From NCBI GenBank assembly GCA_026025795.1, contig JAPEUG010000008.1, forward strand, positions 1-64,000: DNA of 64,000 nt. Reading direction: 5' to 3'. Source of the stretch: Thelocarpon superellum (lineage: Eukaryota). How positions within the stretch are numbered: the first letter of the stretch is position 1; every line of letters begins with the position of its first letter. Both the position numbers and the translations under genes were made by a program. Below are positions 51,108-63,533 of the stretch, in pieces. Below the pieces are notes generated by a model. That model saw only the letters and a program-made list of their open reading frames with translations, made no database searches and was not told the origin of the DNA.

Positions 51108-52055
51108 AGATGGGCCAATGACATGCAAAGACAAAACCGCGCGAGTCCGCAAGTCTGCTTGTCAGACGAGACCTGCTGCATTATTGTAGAGCAGGATATG
51201 GCTAGTACCCGTACCTGGATATGAGGGGCCTCGTCCGCTCCACCAGTCATTTTCTCATCTCTGTCCGGTCCAGCCCGCGAGCCCCAGTCACACATGGCCA
51301 GTCACGTCGACTCCGCCCATCTCCTGCGATAGGCCCGTGGTCGGGAACACCCCCGCAGGCTGACCGGACAGAGGACGCTTCTTCTGCTACGACGATGACT
51401 GCGAGGACGAGAACAGGTACGCCTCGAGGAGGGGAGGGGCCTGGTGGAGTGAGGAGATTGTGCGAGTGGTGGGAAATTCCGCGTCTTGCGACACTACCTA
51501 TGTTACAACAACTTGAAACGAAGTGGCCCGCTCGTTGACGGCCTTGTTTCTATTTCCGCCAAGTCGCCCACACGCCCAACCCGTTACTCGTACGCGAGCC
51601 GGGACTCACTCTTCTTGTGCTCGCACACGTCAGCAACGTTACTTCGTGCCTTGGTCGTTACCCTGACGAGTTCACCATCACTACTGGAGCTTGTACGAGG
51701 GTGCGGGCAGCGGCTGGCAGGGAACTGGAGGCGAGCACTCGGGAATGTCGTGGAACACTGGGAGAAGCAGGAACATCGCAAGCGTCTGACCTGCTCTCTG
51801 AGTGTCCATAATACGAAGCCTGATGTCGGGGATGGGGACATTGTCAGTCACTGTCACTGTTCCTGTCGCTGTCGCTGTTGCTGTCTGAATACATGTCGTA
51901 TTGTCAATGCCACGAAAGATCTCATCTGTCTCCCCCGCGCATCTGAGTCGTGTGGTATCAGTACATGTACAAGGACACGATAATACAGATTCAGGTCGAT
52001 GATAACGCCCCAGTAACCCCGGTTTCGTCGCTTTTTCCCATCCTGTCCCTGCGCC

Positions 52056-54527
52056 TCATCCGGTGCCAGTATCCCCCATCGCAGCACCCGCAACATTCGG
52101 AGCCGCAATCGGATTCGCGTTCGGGCTCAGACTCACGTTCGCATTCGCATACGCATTCGTATGCTCATTCCCCGGTCCGCTCGCCTGTCCACTCCCGTTC
52201 GAATCGCTTCCGGCCGTGAGAAACCACGACCAATCCTCGCGCAGGTCCAGGTTCACCATCGACGTCCAGTCCGTCGGGAGATCCTGCCATGGATGTTGCG
52301 CCTCGCCTGCGCCGCCCGTCAACGGCTGAAAGTAGTTGTTGAGGGCGACGAGTGGGTCGCCATGGATCTCGACAGAATGCGGCGGCGTGCTGCTTCCCGT
52401 CGTGGTGGTGTGAGGTGTGTGCGTGCTGGCGGGGGTGGTGCTAGGCTGGGAGGTGGAAAGGGATGCACCGCTGCGACTCGACATCCTCGCCGCCTCGCTC
52501 TCCGGAGGCGTGTGGAGCTGCCCGTTCAATTGAGGCGTGTTGATAGATGACGGCGGCGCCTGGTGTATGAGATTCGAGTTGAAGCTTTTGCCGGCGCCGA
52601 TGCGGATCTTGCCAAAGTATGGAATCACGGCCTCGTACGTGTCCCCTTCGCACGCCTGGCACGGGTTATGACGCACTTGCAGGAAGTCTTCCAGCACCCG
52701 GGCGCCTTGTTGCGCCACGCTGCACCGGTTCCGGCGCGCCTCGCGGTTCAGCACCGAGCTGATGGCCTCGACCAGGTCCCAGTCTCGCTCCGTCTGCGTC
52801 GGATCGTGATAGAAGGACGACTGCGCAAAGCCCAGCATGTCCAACACGAGCACCATGGCGGCCGTAAAGGCCTGGAAGTCGAGCAGATTGCACACCACCA
52901 GCGCCGGCTTGCTCTCGTCCCGCAGCACGCGGTAGTATCCGATCATCTCGCGCGCCGAATCCAGCGTCGCGATCCGACTGTACTCGAACCGCCGGTCCGT
53001 CGGCGACTTGAGCATGAAGGGGAGGTGGAGCAAGGTCCGCAGGTTGTGGAACCAGAACTTGGCCAGGAACATGTCGTACACCGCTTCCACCGACATGTCC
53101 GCCGTCGCCGTCGCCGCCCACCAGCTCGCGGGCATCCGCTTCCTCTCTTCCTCAATCTCCTGGTCGATCGCCATCGTCACCACCAGCGTGCTGTTGCTCA
53201 GATCCTGGTTGCGGTCGATGATGTGCCCCGTGGCGAAGCCGAGGCGGAGCATGAACTGATGGCCCAGGAGTCCGTCGGCGTGTGTCGAGGCAAAGTCCGT
53301 CTCCATCAATTTCGGGTCGATGTGGCAGTCGTTCGAGGCGTATGGCAACCCCAGGAGCAGCGACAGGAACCGATCCGCTTGCCAGATCTGTAACCAGCAC
53401 GCCTGCTTGCGCTGCACCATCGCATCCTCCGCTTTCCCCTTGACCCGGTAGAGACCGAGCAGATGTGCGAAGCCGGAAGCGCGTCGGAAGACCAGCCAGG
53501 CTCGATGCGGCTTGCCGAGATTGATGTAGAATCGGCCTTGGAGCATCATGCATTCCATCCCATCGATCGTCCCCGCGAAGCTCTCGTCGGACGAAATCAG
53601 GCTCTCCACGGCCGACATGTAGTGAGTTTGCAGCGCGTCGGGCGGCGCCGGGAGATTCATGTTGGCAAAGTCAAAGTCGCTGGGGATTTGCTGGATGCAG
53701 AGGGCCAGACAAAGCCAGACCTTGCATACCAGGCCGACGTGGTCCGAGTTGACCACCTGGCAGATGTGGTTCCGTAACGGTTCAATCTGATCCTCTTCCA
53801 ATGACACCGCCTTCACGCCCAGATACTCCGGGAAGCAGTGGTTCCACATATTCCAGTGCGACCGGCTCAGATTCAGGATCGCCGTGAGATCGTTGTTGCC
53901 GGGCATGAGCGCCCGCAAGGCCCGGAGCATGCGTCGGTCTCCTTGAGCCAGGGGCTGACGAGGCTTGCTGCCGGCCCCGGGTAGGGCCTCTTCGCCGCCC
54001 TCCTCGTCTTTATGGCTGATGACGGCGTTGTCGAAGAGGCTCAGCAGTGGCGCGTTGAACCGATGCGCCGACGTCGTCGGCAGATCCGCGCTCTCCGACG
54101 CCGGCGATCCTAGATTTCCGAGGAGCTCCGTCCGCAGGCTCTGCAGCGCCTCGGCCGCGTTCATTTCCGTGTCGTCGAGTTTAGAGTTGTCGGCCTTGGC
54201 ATCGAGCTTCTGGAGGACCGACGTGATCATCCCCTCCAGCTCGCCTGCCCGCTGTCGTAACGTCTTCCGCTTGTCGATGGCATGGCGCTTGGCGTCTCCA
54301 TATTTTTGCTCTGTGCACGAGATGCCTCGCGCGGTACATTCATTGCAGACCCGAGCATCGGGCGTAAAGACACACCGGATCTTCCGCCGCCGGCATTCTA
54401 GGCAGCTGTGCGTCCCCTTCCGCATCCGCTTGCGCGGACCCTGCTCCGAGTCGGTCGGAGGCGTCGATCGAAGCCCGTGACGGGACACGGAGGGCGAATG
54501 AGATTCACGCTCACCCACGGAAGACAT
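52056..54527 (-). CDS. Zn(II)2Cys6 fungal transcription factor, 823 aa, intronless
   Basis: RKGTHSCLECRRRKIRC...CNECTARGISC binuclear cluster, followed by a middle homology region (DRFLSLLLGLP). Confidence 0.95.
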   Translation of the reverse strand: MSSVGERESHSPSVSRHGLRSTPPTDSEQGPRKRMRKGTHSCLECRRRKIRCVFTPDARVCNECTARGISCTEQKYGDAKRHAIDKRKTLRQRAGELEGMITSVLQKLDAKADNSKLDDTEMNAAEALQSLRTELLGNLGSPASESADLPTTSAHRFNAPLLSLFDNAVISHKDEEGGEEALPGAGSKPRQPLAQGDRRMLRALRALMPGNNDLTAILNLSRSHWNMWNHCFPEYLGVKAVSLEEDQIEPLRNHICQVVNSDHVGLVCKVWLCLALCIQQIPSDFDFANMNLPAPPDALQTHYMSAVESLISSDESFAGTIDGMECMMLQGRFYINLGKPHRAWLVFRRASGFAHLLGLYRVKGKAEDAMVQRKQACWLQIWQADRFLSLLLGLPYASNDCHIDPKLMETDFASTHADGLLGHQFMLRLGFATGHIIDRNQDLSNSTLVVTMAIDQEIEEERKRMPASWWAATATADMSVEAVYDMFLAKFWFHNLRTLLHLPFMLKSPTDRRFEYSRIATLDSAREMIGYYRVLRDESKPALVVCNLLDFQAFTAAMVLVLDMLGFAQSSFYHDPTQTERDWDLVEAISSVLNREARRNRCSVAQQGARVLEDFLQVRHNPCQACEGDTYEAVIPYFGKIRIGAGKSFNSNLIHQAPPSSINTPQLNGQLHTPPESEAARMSSRSGASLSTSQPSTTPASTHTPHTTTTGSSTPPHSVEIHGDPLVALNNYFQPLTGGAGEAQHPWQDLPTDWTSMVNLDLREDWSWFLTAGSDSNGSGQASGPGNEHTNAYANANVSLSPNANPIAAPNVAGAAMGDTGTG

Positions 54528-55762
54528 GTTGAGGCCCGTTGGGTACTACCATTAGTTACCTGAGCGTGGTGGGAGCTGATGGCCAGGAGTCATCGCCAGA
54601 ATCACGTCACGCTCCGGCGGGAGGTCCTCGTGGACGCTGATTAATTGCGAATACGAGGGGCATGGGGGCCTACGAGCACGCGAACCATTACGGCCCGGTA
54701 CGGGGGGACTCCTGGTAGCGCGAAGCTCGGGCCAAGGTTTCTCCGGCCACGGGCGTCATCGTAGAACAAGTGCCTACTTTGTAGTACAAATAACACCAGG
54801 CTTCCCGGTGCTGCCATGACTTTGATCTCGAGCAGCGAGGTAGACGGATTCGAGAAATCTCCAGCCGTTGGCGTCTTGAGGGATGCCTTGGTAGGGCTGA
54901 GAGGGATCGGGGTAGGGTCTCTTGATTGGCCTGGACTGACAACGGTCTTTTGTCCGACGGTCAGCCACATGGGTGGATCTTCAACATACCACGGAACCTT
55001 CACATCAGTTGGATCATCGCACCAATGACACGCAAGCCATGCCAAATACTCATCTATCTCCATCCTGACCGCGCCTTCTTCATCCGGACGTGCAACGTTG
55101 CAACAACGTGGGCGCACCGGCCATGTGCACGGGTCTTCCAGCGGTGCGCCCTGGTCGGGATGCCAGGCGAAAGATAGTCCAATTTGGAAGTTTCGCGTCT
55201 GAGAGGGATCATCCCACCAACAAGTAGATGCTTGAATGCCAATATGTATTCGAAAATGGTCTCACCATCATCTATTCAAAAGATCTATGCACCAACGTGG
55301 CGGAACCATTTTATTACATGCCTTTTCCGTCATCGTGCGCCATTGGTATACGATCTGGGCTGGTCGGCGTCGGCGGAGAGTCCTTCCGACCTGCCGGCTC
55401 GGCAGAAAGGCTTGCCCGCGACTTCACCATCCGACGGCTACCTCCCGACCGGGTGCGTACCCGACCGGCAACTATCCGAATGACTAATCTAACGGTAGCT
55501 TCACGGCGACCATGCACTCCTCGACTTTGGGAGTCCCGACGGTGCCGCTCTCTACGGCTGCAGCCTGATGACCCTGTAGAAGATATAAAGCGTCATGGAA
55601 GTCGTTCGAGACCAACAGCATCCGCGCCCAACTAACCTCAGCCCAATCTCGTCGCACTCCTTGCCGAAACCTCCGCAGTCTGCCTCCATCCGCCCGTTGC
55701 AAACAACCTGACAGCTCTCCCCACCAAAGCATCTCCCCGGCTCCGCCTTCTCACTCGAAATC

Positions 55763-56536
55763 ATGAAGGTGATTCTCGTCGGCGCGACGGGCAAGCTCGG
55801 CCTCCGCGTGCTCTCGGCCCTCCTCACGCACAAACACAGCGTGGTCGCCTTCGTCCGATCCGAAGCCAAGCTCAAGACGCTGGTGCCCGCCTCGGTGCTT
55901 GCGCGAACCACCGTGGTCGAAGGCGACGCCAAACACTCGGCTCAGATCCAACAAGCCATCCTCGACCACGGCTGCGACGCGCTGGTCAACACAGCCGGCC
56001 TGGCTGCCATGATGCCGTGGCAAAGCAGCGACTTCCCCGAGATCGTCAAAGCTGTCGTCAAGGGCGCCACGGACGCCAGCGTCGCCCGGGGCAAACCCCT
56101 CCGCGCCTGGATCCTGGGCGGGATGGGCACGTTGACGGCGCCGGGTACAGATGCCGTGCTGACCAGCTACCTACCGCTGTTCCAGGAGCACGAGCAGAAC
56201 CTCGACCTCCTCACGTCCCTCCCGGCCCACGCTCTGCGCTGGTCGTTTCTCTGCCCGAGCGGGATGTCGGCCGCGTCGCCCGAAATCAGCGTGCCGATGA
56301 CCCCCGCGCCTGCCCCGCTCATCAGCGCCGCCACGTATCCGCCGGAGTGGCAGGAGTCGTGGGTCCAGCGCGTCCCGCTCATTGGGGGCTGCCTGCTCCT
56401 CTTGTCCAACGCCATGCGGTATCTCATCACGTACGAGAGTGCGGCCGACTTCATCGCCGCCGATCTGGAGACGGGTAGCGACGAATGGATCGGTCAGCGA
56501 GTTGGCCTCATCGCGGCGTCCAAGAAGAAACAGTAG
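55763..56536 (+). CDS. NAD(P)H-binding oxidoreductase (atypical SDR/flavin-reductase-like), 257 aa
   Basis: N-terminal Rossmann motif VILVGATGKLG...AFVRS, EGDA; intact ORF; TATA-like GATATAAAG ~180 bp upstream. Confidence 0.88.
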   Translation: MKVILVGATGKLGLRVLSALLTHKHSVVAFVRSEAKLKTLVPASVLARTTVVEGDAKHSAQIQQAILDHGCDALVNTAGLAAMMPWQSSDFPEIVKAVVKGATDASVARGKPLRAWILGGMGTLTAPGTDAVLTSYLPLFQEHEQNLDLLTSLPAHALRWSFLCPSGMSAASPEISVPMTPAPAPLISAATYPPEWQESWVQRVPLIGGCLLLLSNAMRYLITYESAADFIAADLETGSDEWIGQRVGLIAASKKKQ

Positions 56537-56914
56537 GGACGTGGCCTCATTACCGCGTCTGAGGAGATCTCGGAGAACAGGCGGGCACATAGCTCCAAAA
56601 CCGGGATCGAGACTGGGGACCGTGCGTTTCCGCTTCATGTGGCATTGGTGATGTGTATGAATATTCCAGGGTATCGTACGGAGCGTATCGTACGGCATCC
56701 AGGGGGTTGGATGTTTCTCCTTCAGCCATTCTATCCACTCTCGCATCTCTAGTCTCATCAGGGCTTGAGCCCGGTGACCGCTCCACTCCCTACGAATCTA
56801 TGAGTACCCCTGTTCTTGATGCAGACATCGGACACATCATATGTGCAGCGTGGAGGACGAAAGACTGGAAAGATCGCGGGGAGAAAGATACAACAACGGC
56901 GACGCTAAAAACGC

Positions 56915-58708
56915 TCAGCCTCCGCCCATAGCTTTCATGGCGTCAATCTTCCGCCACGGCGCGAAGAAGGCGGCGATTAACGAGCCGCCGGCTAGGGCGA
57001 TGCCAATGGCGAAGGATATGTGCAGGCCGTCGAGGTAGCTTAGCAGGATGCCGTTGATCGTGTCGGCGGGGAAGTTGCCGCGAATGTTGGTCGCGCCCGT
57101 CGCCACCACCTTGGCCGCGTCGACCGTGGGCGCGTTCCTGGCCAGGCTGGACACCAGCTCGTTGGAGAAGCCTGCCTGTCCGGCCGAGACAAAAAAGGCA
57201 CCGCCGATGGTTTGGAAGACTCGAAGACGTGTCAGTATCGGCTCGTAGTGCGAAAAGGAGAGAAGGCATGACTCACAGAGCACGACGGCCGTGACAGCGG
57301 AAATGTCAGACGAGTCCACGCTGGCTTGGGCGACAATGATGGGAATCTGGAAGCCGAGGCCGAGGCCAATGCCCACCAGGATTTGATATCCGATCCAATG
57401 GCCAGACGGCGCATTGATGTCCAGGGTGTAGATCAAGCCCGAGCCGATGGTCGTGATCACGGACGAGACGAACAGGAGCGGGACGTAGTGGCCAAACGTT
57501 GTGATGAGCCCGCCCGAGATGATGCTGAACAACGAGATGGCCACGACCATGGGGATGTTCCGAATGCCACTCTGCGACGGGGAGATACCGTCGACGGCCT
57601 GGAAGTAGATGGGGAGGTAGTAGAGCAGGATGAAAAAGGACCCGCCCAAGAGCACCACGTAGATACATCCCACGATGATGATGCGTTGCTTGAAGATCCG
57701 GCCCTCGAGCAGGGCGCGTGACCCCAAGAGCACTTGGATGACGACGAAGAGGATCATCAGCAGGACGAAGCCAACGAGGGTGCCGATGACGGAGGAATCT
57801 TTCCAGGACTTGGTGACGCCGCCCCACTGCAGCGCCAGCAGATAGCAGACCACGGCACCCATGATGGTGATGGTGCCGAGGGGATCCATCTGAAGGATCT
57901 TCTCCCGCCAAGGCGCCGCCACTGGCTTGGCCGCGGACGGGGTGACAAAGGTGAAGAGGATGATGGCGGCAGAGGCGCCGCCCACGGGGAGATTAATGTA
58001 GAAGCACCAGCGCCAAGTCAACTTGTCGGTGAAGACGCCCCCGAGGAGGGGCCCGATGACACTCGCCGTGCCATAGGTCGCCCCGAGCAGTCCCGTAAAG
58101 GCCGGTCGCATCTGTGGCCGAGCGCTGAAGGCGATGATGGTGTACACGCCCGAGGCAATCCCAGCCGCGCCCATACCCGCGACGGCGCGGCCCACAATCA
58201 ACGTCGTGCTGTTCTGGGCCACGGCGCAGATGAGACTCCCAAGCTCGAAGATGCCGACGGATAAGAGGAAGGTGGATTTGAGCCAAAAGTATTTGTATGC
58301 CTTGCCCCACGTGCTCTGAAAGGCGGCCACGGTGAGGAAGAAGGCGGACCCGTACCAACCGACCTGGTCGAGCGACTTGAAATCATCCGTGATTCGAGGG
58401 ATGGCCGTGGCGACGATGGTCATGTCGAGGGCGACGAGAAAGATGGAGAGGATGAGGGCGATGATGATGGGCACCAGCCGCCAGGCCGTTGGGTAGTCCA
58501 TGTCGTCTTGGCTTGCCACCTTCTGCTCCTCCAACGCCCCGCCCGCTTCGGCCGTCTCTTTGGTCTCGCCGGGTGGGCTGTGTCCGGCCGCGCCATCGTG
58601 AATCGAGCTGGGCGTCGTGCTGGTAGGGACGTTGGGATCTCCCTTCACCGCATCTTTCTCGTCCAGGGCATGGTCGCTCGAGGGAACACTGGGGGCCAGG
58701 TCGGCCAT
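56915..58708 (-). CDS. MFS drug:H+ antiporter (DHA2, 14-TM, AflT-like efflux pump)
   Basis: FLVALDMTIVATAIPRIT, WYGSAFFL, GRAVAG, GPLLGGVFTDKLTWRWCFYINLP, YYLPIYFQ; probable 57-nt intron at 57220-57276. Confidence 0.95.
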   Translation of the reverse strand: MADLAPSVPSSDHALDEKDAVKGDPNVPTSTTPSSIHDGAAGHSPPGETKETAEAGGALEEQKVASQDDMDYPTAWRLVPIIIALILSIFLVALDMTIVATAIPRITDDFKSLDQVGWYGSAFFLTVAAFQSTWGKAYKYFWLKSTFLLSVGIFELGSLICAVAQNSTTLIVGRAVAGMGAAGIASGVYTIIAFSARPQMRPAFTGLLGATYGTASVIGPLLGGVFTDKLTWRWCFYINLPVGGASAAIILFTFVTPSAAKPVAAPWREKILQMDPLGTITIMGAVVCYLLALQWGGVTKSWKDSSVIGTLVGFVLLMILFVVIQVLLGSRALLEGRIFKQRIIIVGCIYVVLLGGSFFILLYYLPIYFQAVDGISPSQSGIRNIPMVVAISLFSIISGGLITTFGHYVPLLFVSSVITTIGSGLIYTLDINAPSGHWIGYQILVGIGLGLGFQIPIIVAQASVDSSDISAVTAVVLCESCLLSFSHYEPILTRLRVFQTIGGAFFVSAGQAGFSNELVSSLARNAPTVDAAKVVATGATNIRGNFPADTINGILLSYLDGLHISFAIGIALAGGSLIAAFFAPWRKIDAMKAMGGG

Positions 58709-61310
58709 GGCTCTGCGCGTCGTCTTGGTTGCGCGTGACAGAGACGTGATGAGTCGAGTTCAATTGCGGAGGGAAAAGACCCACGGGTCAAGAACGTAGA
58801 GAAAGGTAGGGAGAAAGGGAGCGAGGGAGCGAGGGAGGGAGAGGATAAAGTGGGGAGGTGATAGAAGAAAGTGTAAGGGAGGGCAAAAGGTTCGGTCCAC
58901 GTTTATAGCATGGCCCAGAGGACGCAGGCAAGTGCTGACGGAAATAAGTCTGTGCTGTCCACCGACCGGACAGTAGCATGGAATACGATGGTCGCGGTGA
59001 TAAGCTGACATATTTCCGCCCAGGTGGACAGGAACGGACTAAAAATTTGGTCCGAGCCATTGCGGCAGACCATACCGACACCGACGTTGTCAGGGTCTTA
59101 CGCACCGACCGGAGGAGATATCTTCCGAGCGCCCGGCGAGCAGCTACGCCCCGGGAAGAGCAGTGCCAGCGACCGAGAGCGAGTACGAGTGCGCGGTACA
59201 GGGGCCGCTAGTCAATTGCGCCAGGCGTCAGCATCAGGCATTATTGGCGTATACGTGCGCGGGTGCGTGGAACCAGGGCGATCGAGAAGTCGTCGTGAGT
59301 CAAGGCGTCTGAGTAGTACGATGACGAGGAGGGTAGGGAAGCCTAGGGATGGATCTGCAGCGCGGTCTCTTAGGCCTAGGAAGCTCTCAAGATCCCTGAC
59401 GTTGGCCCCCTTCTAAGCCTGACGCGTGCCGCCACGGAAGGTCAACGCGGGCCTTTGGCTGGCTCGCCCGGTCCGGCAGGGTGGCATCCCTTGCGACCAT
59501 GCGACCTAGGCGACTTGTTAGCGGCCGCACCCGAGCATCGCCTCACCATTGGCTGTATGGACTAGTAAGATCATTCCTGCGGCCGAACACTTCGACCGAA
59601 CCTCCGGACCAAACTCGCACCAAGCACTTGGCTGCGTCTCGCGATGTGCACACCATGCTACTAAGACGGTGCGAGTGGTCGGATTCGCAATCCTCCTGAC
59701 ACATCACCGACCTTTGTCATCATCAAGGCCTTGGAGTATGCGGCCTGGGATCGCCAGCGTGGAATGCGCCGTGCGCCCCGCCACCCGACTTGGGCCGTTT
59801 GGTTCGCTGCGAGTCATCTGCCTTCTCCTACTCAATTGGCTGTGGTCGCCAAGTCCTCACGTGCTTCCGTGCGCCTTCCGAGCGGTGCTCCTAACCGTGA
59901 TTTGAGTGCTCGCAAGTCGGCGTTTGTGACCTCGTTAGAGGACTTGGCAACACAGAGGCCGGCAGTAGAATGCGGAAAATGATGACAGTTGCCATACGGC
60001 GCTTCCCAGAACGCGAGCATAGGAGCGAAAAGACTTGCAATATTCCAGAATCTCTTGCCCTGCTTCCTCTAATGCGATCTGAGCACCTGTTGCCTATGCC
60101 TCTCTGCTACTGGCGTACTTCATGGAGGGGCCTGAAATGGTGGGCTCCTGGGGCGGTTGATGTCATCATGCATAAAGCGGCGATAGCGTCGGTCTCTGGT
60201 CCTCGCTTGAATGCATGATGGAATTCGTACGTAAGGAAGGCTAAGGAGGATGGCGAATCGAATTGTACAAAGAACACAGGTAAGGAACGCCCGCTGTCCT
60301 AGCGAGTCACGGGGTTCAGAGAATGGGCGTTCAGGCCATCAGGTACGGACCCCGTCCTCTCGTACGAATACAGGAGCTGGCCATCAACATCGATTCTGGA
60401 AAGGACAGCTGTCGATGCACCATCTTGGCCGTTCGCGACGAGAGCTGTATTTGTAAGATTGCCATGGACCATAAGCACTCAGTCGTCTGGGATCGGGGTG
60501 ACGGTAACGAATGGTGTACTGTGCGCACCCCGATCTTGATCATCTCCATCCCGACTTTGTTGCTCCTTCTGCGCGGACTACCATGCTTGCACTGAGAGAA
60601 AATGGTCCAGAGGAAATGAGCAGGAGATAGATTCAATATGATATTCGTCACGAGCACCGCTGGCATTCCGCCGTCGTGCACTGGCTCCGTTGGTCGGAGC
60701 ACATGGCCGCTCTTGTGCGCTTGTTTCAGCTGCCCGAGCCTGGAGAAGCGAGCCTGGCCCACCAGCAAGATGGTCGTAGGGTCAGGAGACAAATCCCCGT
60801 CGCCGTGGATGAAGCCACGATGCATCAGGTGATATCGTGCCCAGTCGACTGCGCTCCTGATCCTCGTCGATGAATGTCACCTCATGTCGACAGATGAGAC
60901 GTGGCTTGCACCGTGATGCCCTGATTTCTACGGGATGCAGCCTTGCGTCAGTGACTGCACAAGTCGATGCGCGCTTGCGTGGGGCCAATCAATTCCCACC
61001 CCCACCAGCGCCTCTCGGACTTGACCAGCCAGCCCATCGTCCTGGTCGAGTCGAAGTCGAGGCGGGTCTCTCAACTGTCTCTTTGGCCCGTTGTCGTCTT
61101 GACTTGACCGTCGCATCGGCCCTTCGCCTGCCCTTGCTTGTGCTCGGCCCGTCACATGCTGATCAGCGATCGAACGTCGCCCGCCACGCTCGTCACCTTC
61201 ACCGTCGCTTCACAGCCCGAGGTGGGCATCGCGACATCGGCGCTGACATTGGCCCTCACACCGGCCACCACGACCTCCCTTGAGTGATACTTTCGTCCAG
61301 ACGAATCACC

Positions 61311-63209
61311 ATGTCGCGTCGAGTCTACAGTGACGCGTACGAGAACGACTACTACGATTCAGGACCGACACGTGAGCGTGACCGCGATCGCGACTATGGC
61401 CGACCAGTGCGCGAACGCGAGCGAGACTACGAAGAGATTGATGTCGGGCGCCGGCGCGATCGGCAGCCCGACCTGTTGCGAGAAGACTACGGGCGAACGG
61501 AGGGTAGCCCATTGGTGGTCAAAGAACGCGAGCGGGAGCGGGAATATCGAGGGCCCCGCGAGAGAGATCGCGAGCGAGAGCGAGAGATTGACGTCATCGC
61601 CCGACCTCGAGAGCGAGAGCGAGAGCGAGAGCGAGCGCGGTCCAGCGTGGCATACGACCGCCGCGAACGGGACTCGGAGACGGACGTGGAAGTCATCGGC
61701 CGGCCACGCGAACGGGCGCGCAGCCGCGGCCCGGACTTCTTGCGCGAGGACTACGGCCGAACGGATGCGGGGCCGTTGGTGATGCGGGAGCGAGAGACGA
61801 CGACGTATCGGCGACCACGCGATCGCGAGCGTGATCGAGAGACGGACGTTGACCTTGTTACCGGCCGGCCTCGAGAGCGGGAGCGGGACTTCGACCGAGA
61901 CACTTATCCGCGGCCACGGGAGCGGGAACGAGAGACGGAGATTGATATCATCCGGCGCGAGCGGGACCGCGGGAGGGACTCGGAAACGGACATCGATATC
62001 ATCAGTCGCTCCGGGGACAGGGACCGCGAGCGAGATCGGGAGGGATATCGGGAGCTGCCGCCGCTGCGTCAAGAGATCATCACCCACCACCGCCACATTG
62101 ATCACGGTTCGTGTGGATTGAGAGTGAGATTGTCCGAGGTCCCCCGCTAATGGTCGCAGGGATCGAGAGAGCCCCAGGATCTTCACCAATCATCCCCCCT
62201 TCGCCCCCACTAGCACCCTTACGACGAGATCGAGGATACGAAGAGGAGATTGAGATCACGCGGCGGGGCACGCGCGACGGTCGAGAATACTATGACGATG
62301 TGACTATTGAGCGTGAGCGTGAGCGTGAAGGGGGGCGACGACGACGCGGAGATCGAGACTGGGACGAAGGGGAATACTACAACCGACGACTGGAAGAGCG
62401 CGGCGTGATCGGCGAAGCTTACAACGGCGCGACGCGAGACTGGGCCATCGTCGACGTGCCACCCGGCACAGAGCGGGTGCGCATGGATGGCGTCGGCGGC
62501 GGCGCGGCCGAGATCACCTGGCAGCGATACAACGGGGTCCGACGCTCACGATTCATTCCGGACGGCGGGAGCGTCAGCACAAGTAGCACGGAGATCATCG
62601 ACGACCGAATTGGCGACGGCCGCCGTCCCTCGGGGAACCGCAACGGCTACAAAGAGATGTGGACGGAGATCACCAAGGATCTCGTGGTTCGCGAAGCCAT
62701 CGAGGAGGTTGGATACGAGTTTGAAGAGACGGAGTTTTTCTTCTACATTATGGAGTATTTGCGATATGTATGTTCCCCTCCCCCGCCCTCTCTCATCCCA
62801 CCTCCTCCGCCTTCCTCGGTCTACCCTTTTCCTCTCTCCCATCCGCCCCTGGTCCCCCTTTCTCCCCGCTGTGTACATGTCTGCTGACAAAAAGCAGGAG
62901 GACGTCGTCGAGCTGGTAGAAATCAGCGACGTGCGACGGGCACGACGGGACCGCATCCGCGAAATTCAATGGGAGCGAGCGTTGATCGAACGCGGCGGCG
63001 GGGGCAGAGACCGAGACCGAGACCGAGATCGAGATCGAGACTGGGACCGCGACAGGGAGAGAGAGATTGAGATCACGCGCGAGCGCGATCGCGAAATCAT
63101 CGCGCCGCGCGTCCCGGAACGTATCGAGTATCGTCCTGCTGTCGTCGATCCTCTCGAGCGGAGGATCTACGAGCGCGAGGTGGTTTATGAAGGCTCTGGA
63201 CGCCGCTAG
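61311..63209 (+). CDS. Arg/Glu/Asp-rich fungal protein of unknown function; two introns
   Basis: RE/RD repeats plus structured-looking blocks EIITHHRHIDHG, WAIVDVPPGTERVRMDG, WTEITKDLVVREAIEEVGYEFEETEFFFYIMEYLRY; introns ~62107-62160 and ~62768-62897. Confidence 0.85.
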
Positions 63210-63533
63210 TCTCCGTCCATCCACCCATCCATCGCTTCATCCGTTGTTGCTGATGATGGGTGAGGGATGAGTAATGACTTGGTACCTTGAACGAGTGACG
63301 AACAAATGGCACGGCATGGAATGAATTCAACTTCTTCATCTACACCTCCACATGTTCACATTCACATTGACATTCACATTCGCACATTTTGATTCCATTA
63401 GAGCGAAAACGCCGATTCGAAGTACAATCAGACAAGACAGGCTACTGTCTTATCCTACTCATACACTTCCCCGTCCTCTCAACCACCGCTCTCACAACCA
63501 ACCCATGCCAGATGCTGCACCCTTCGATTCTTC

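Noticed and set aside
48238..58708. Secondary-metabolite biosynthetic gene cluster
   Set aside because: No PKS, NRPS, terpene synthase or DMATS backbone gene in the window; flanks are housekeeping-type genes.
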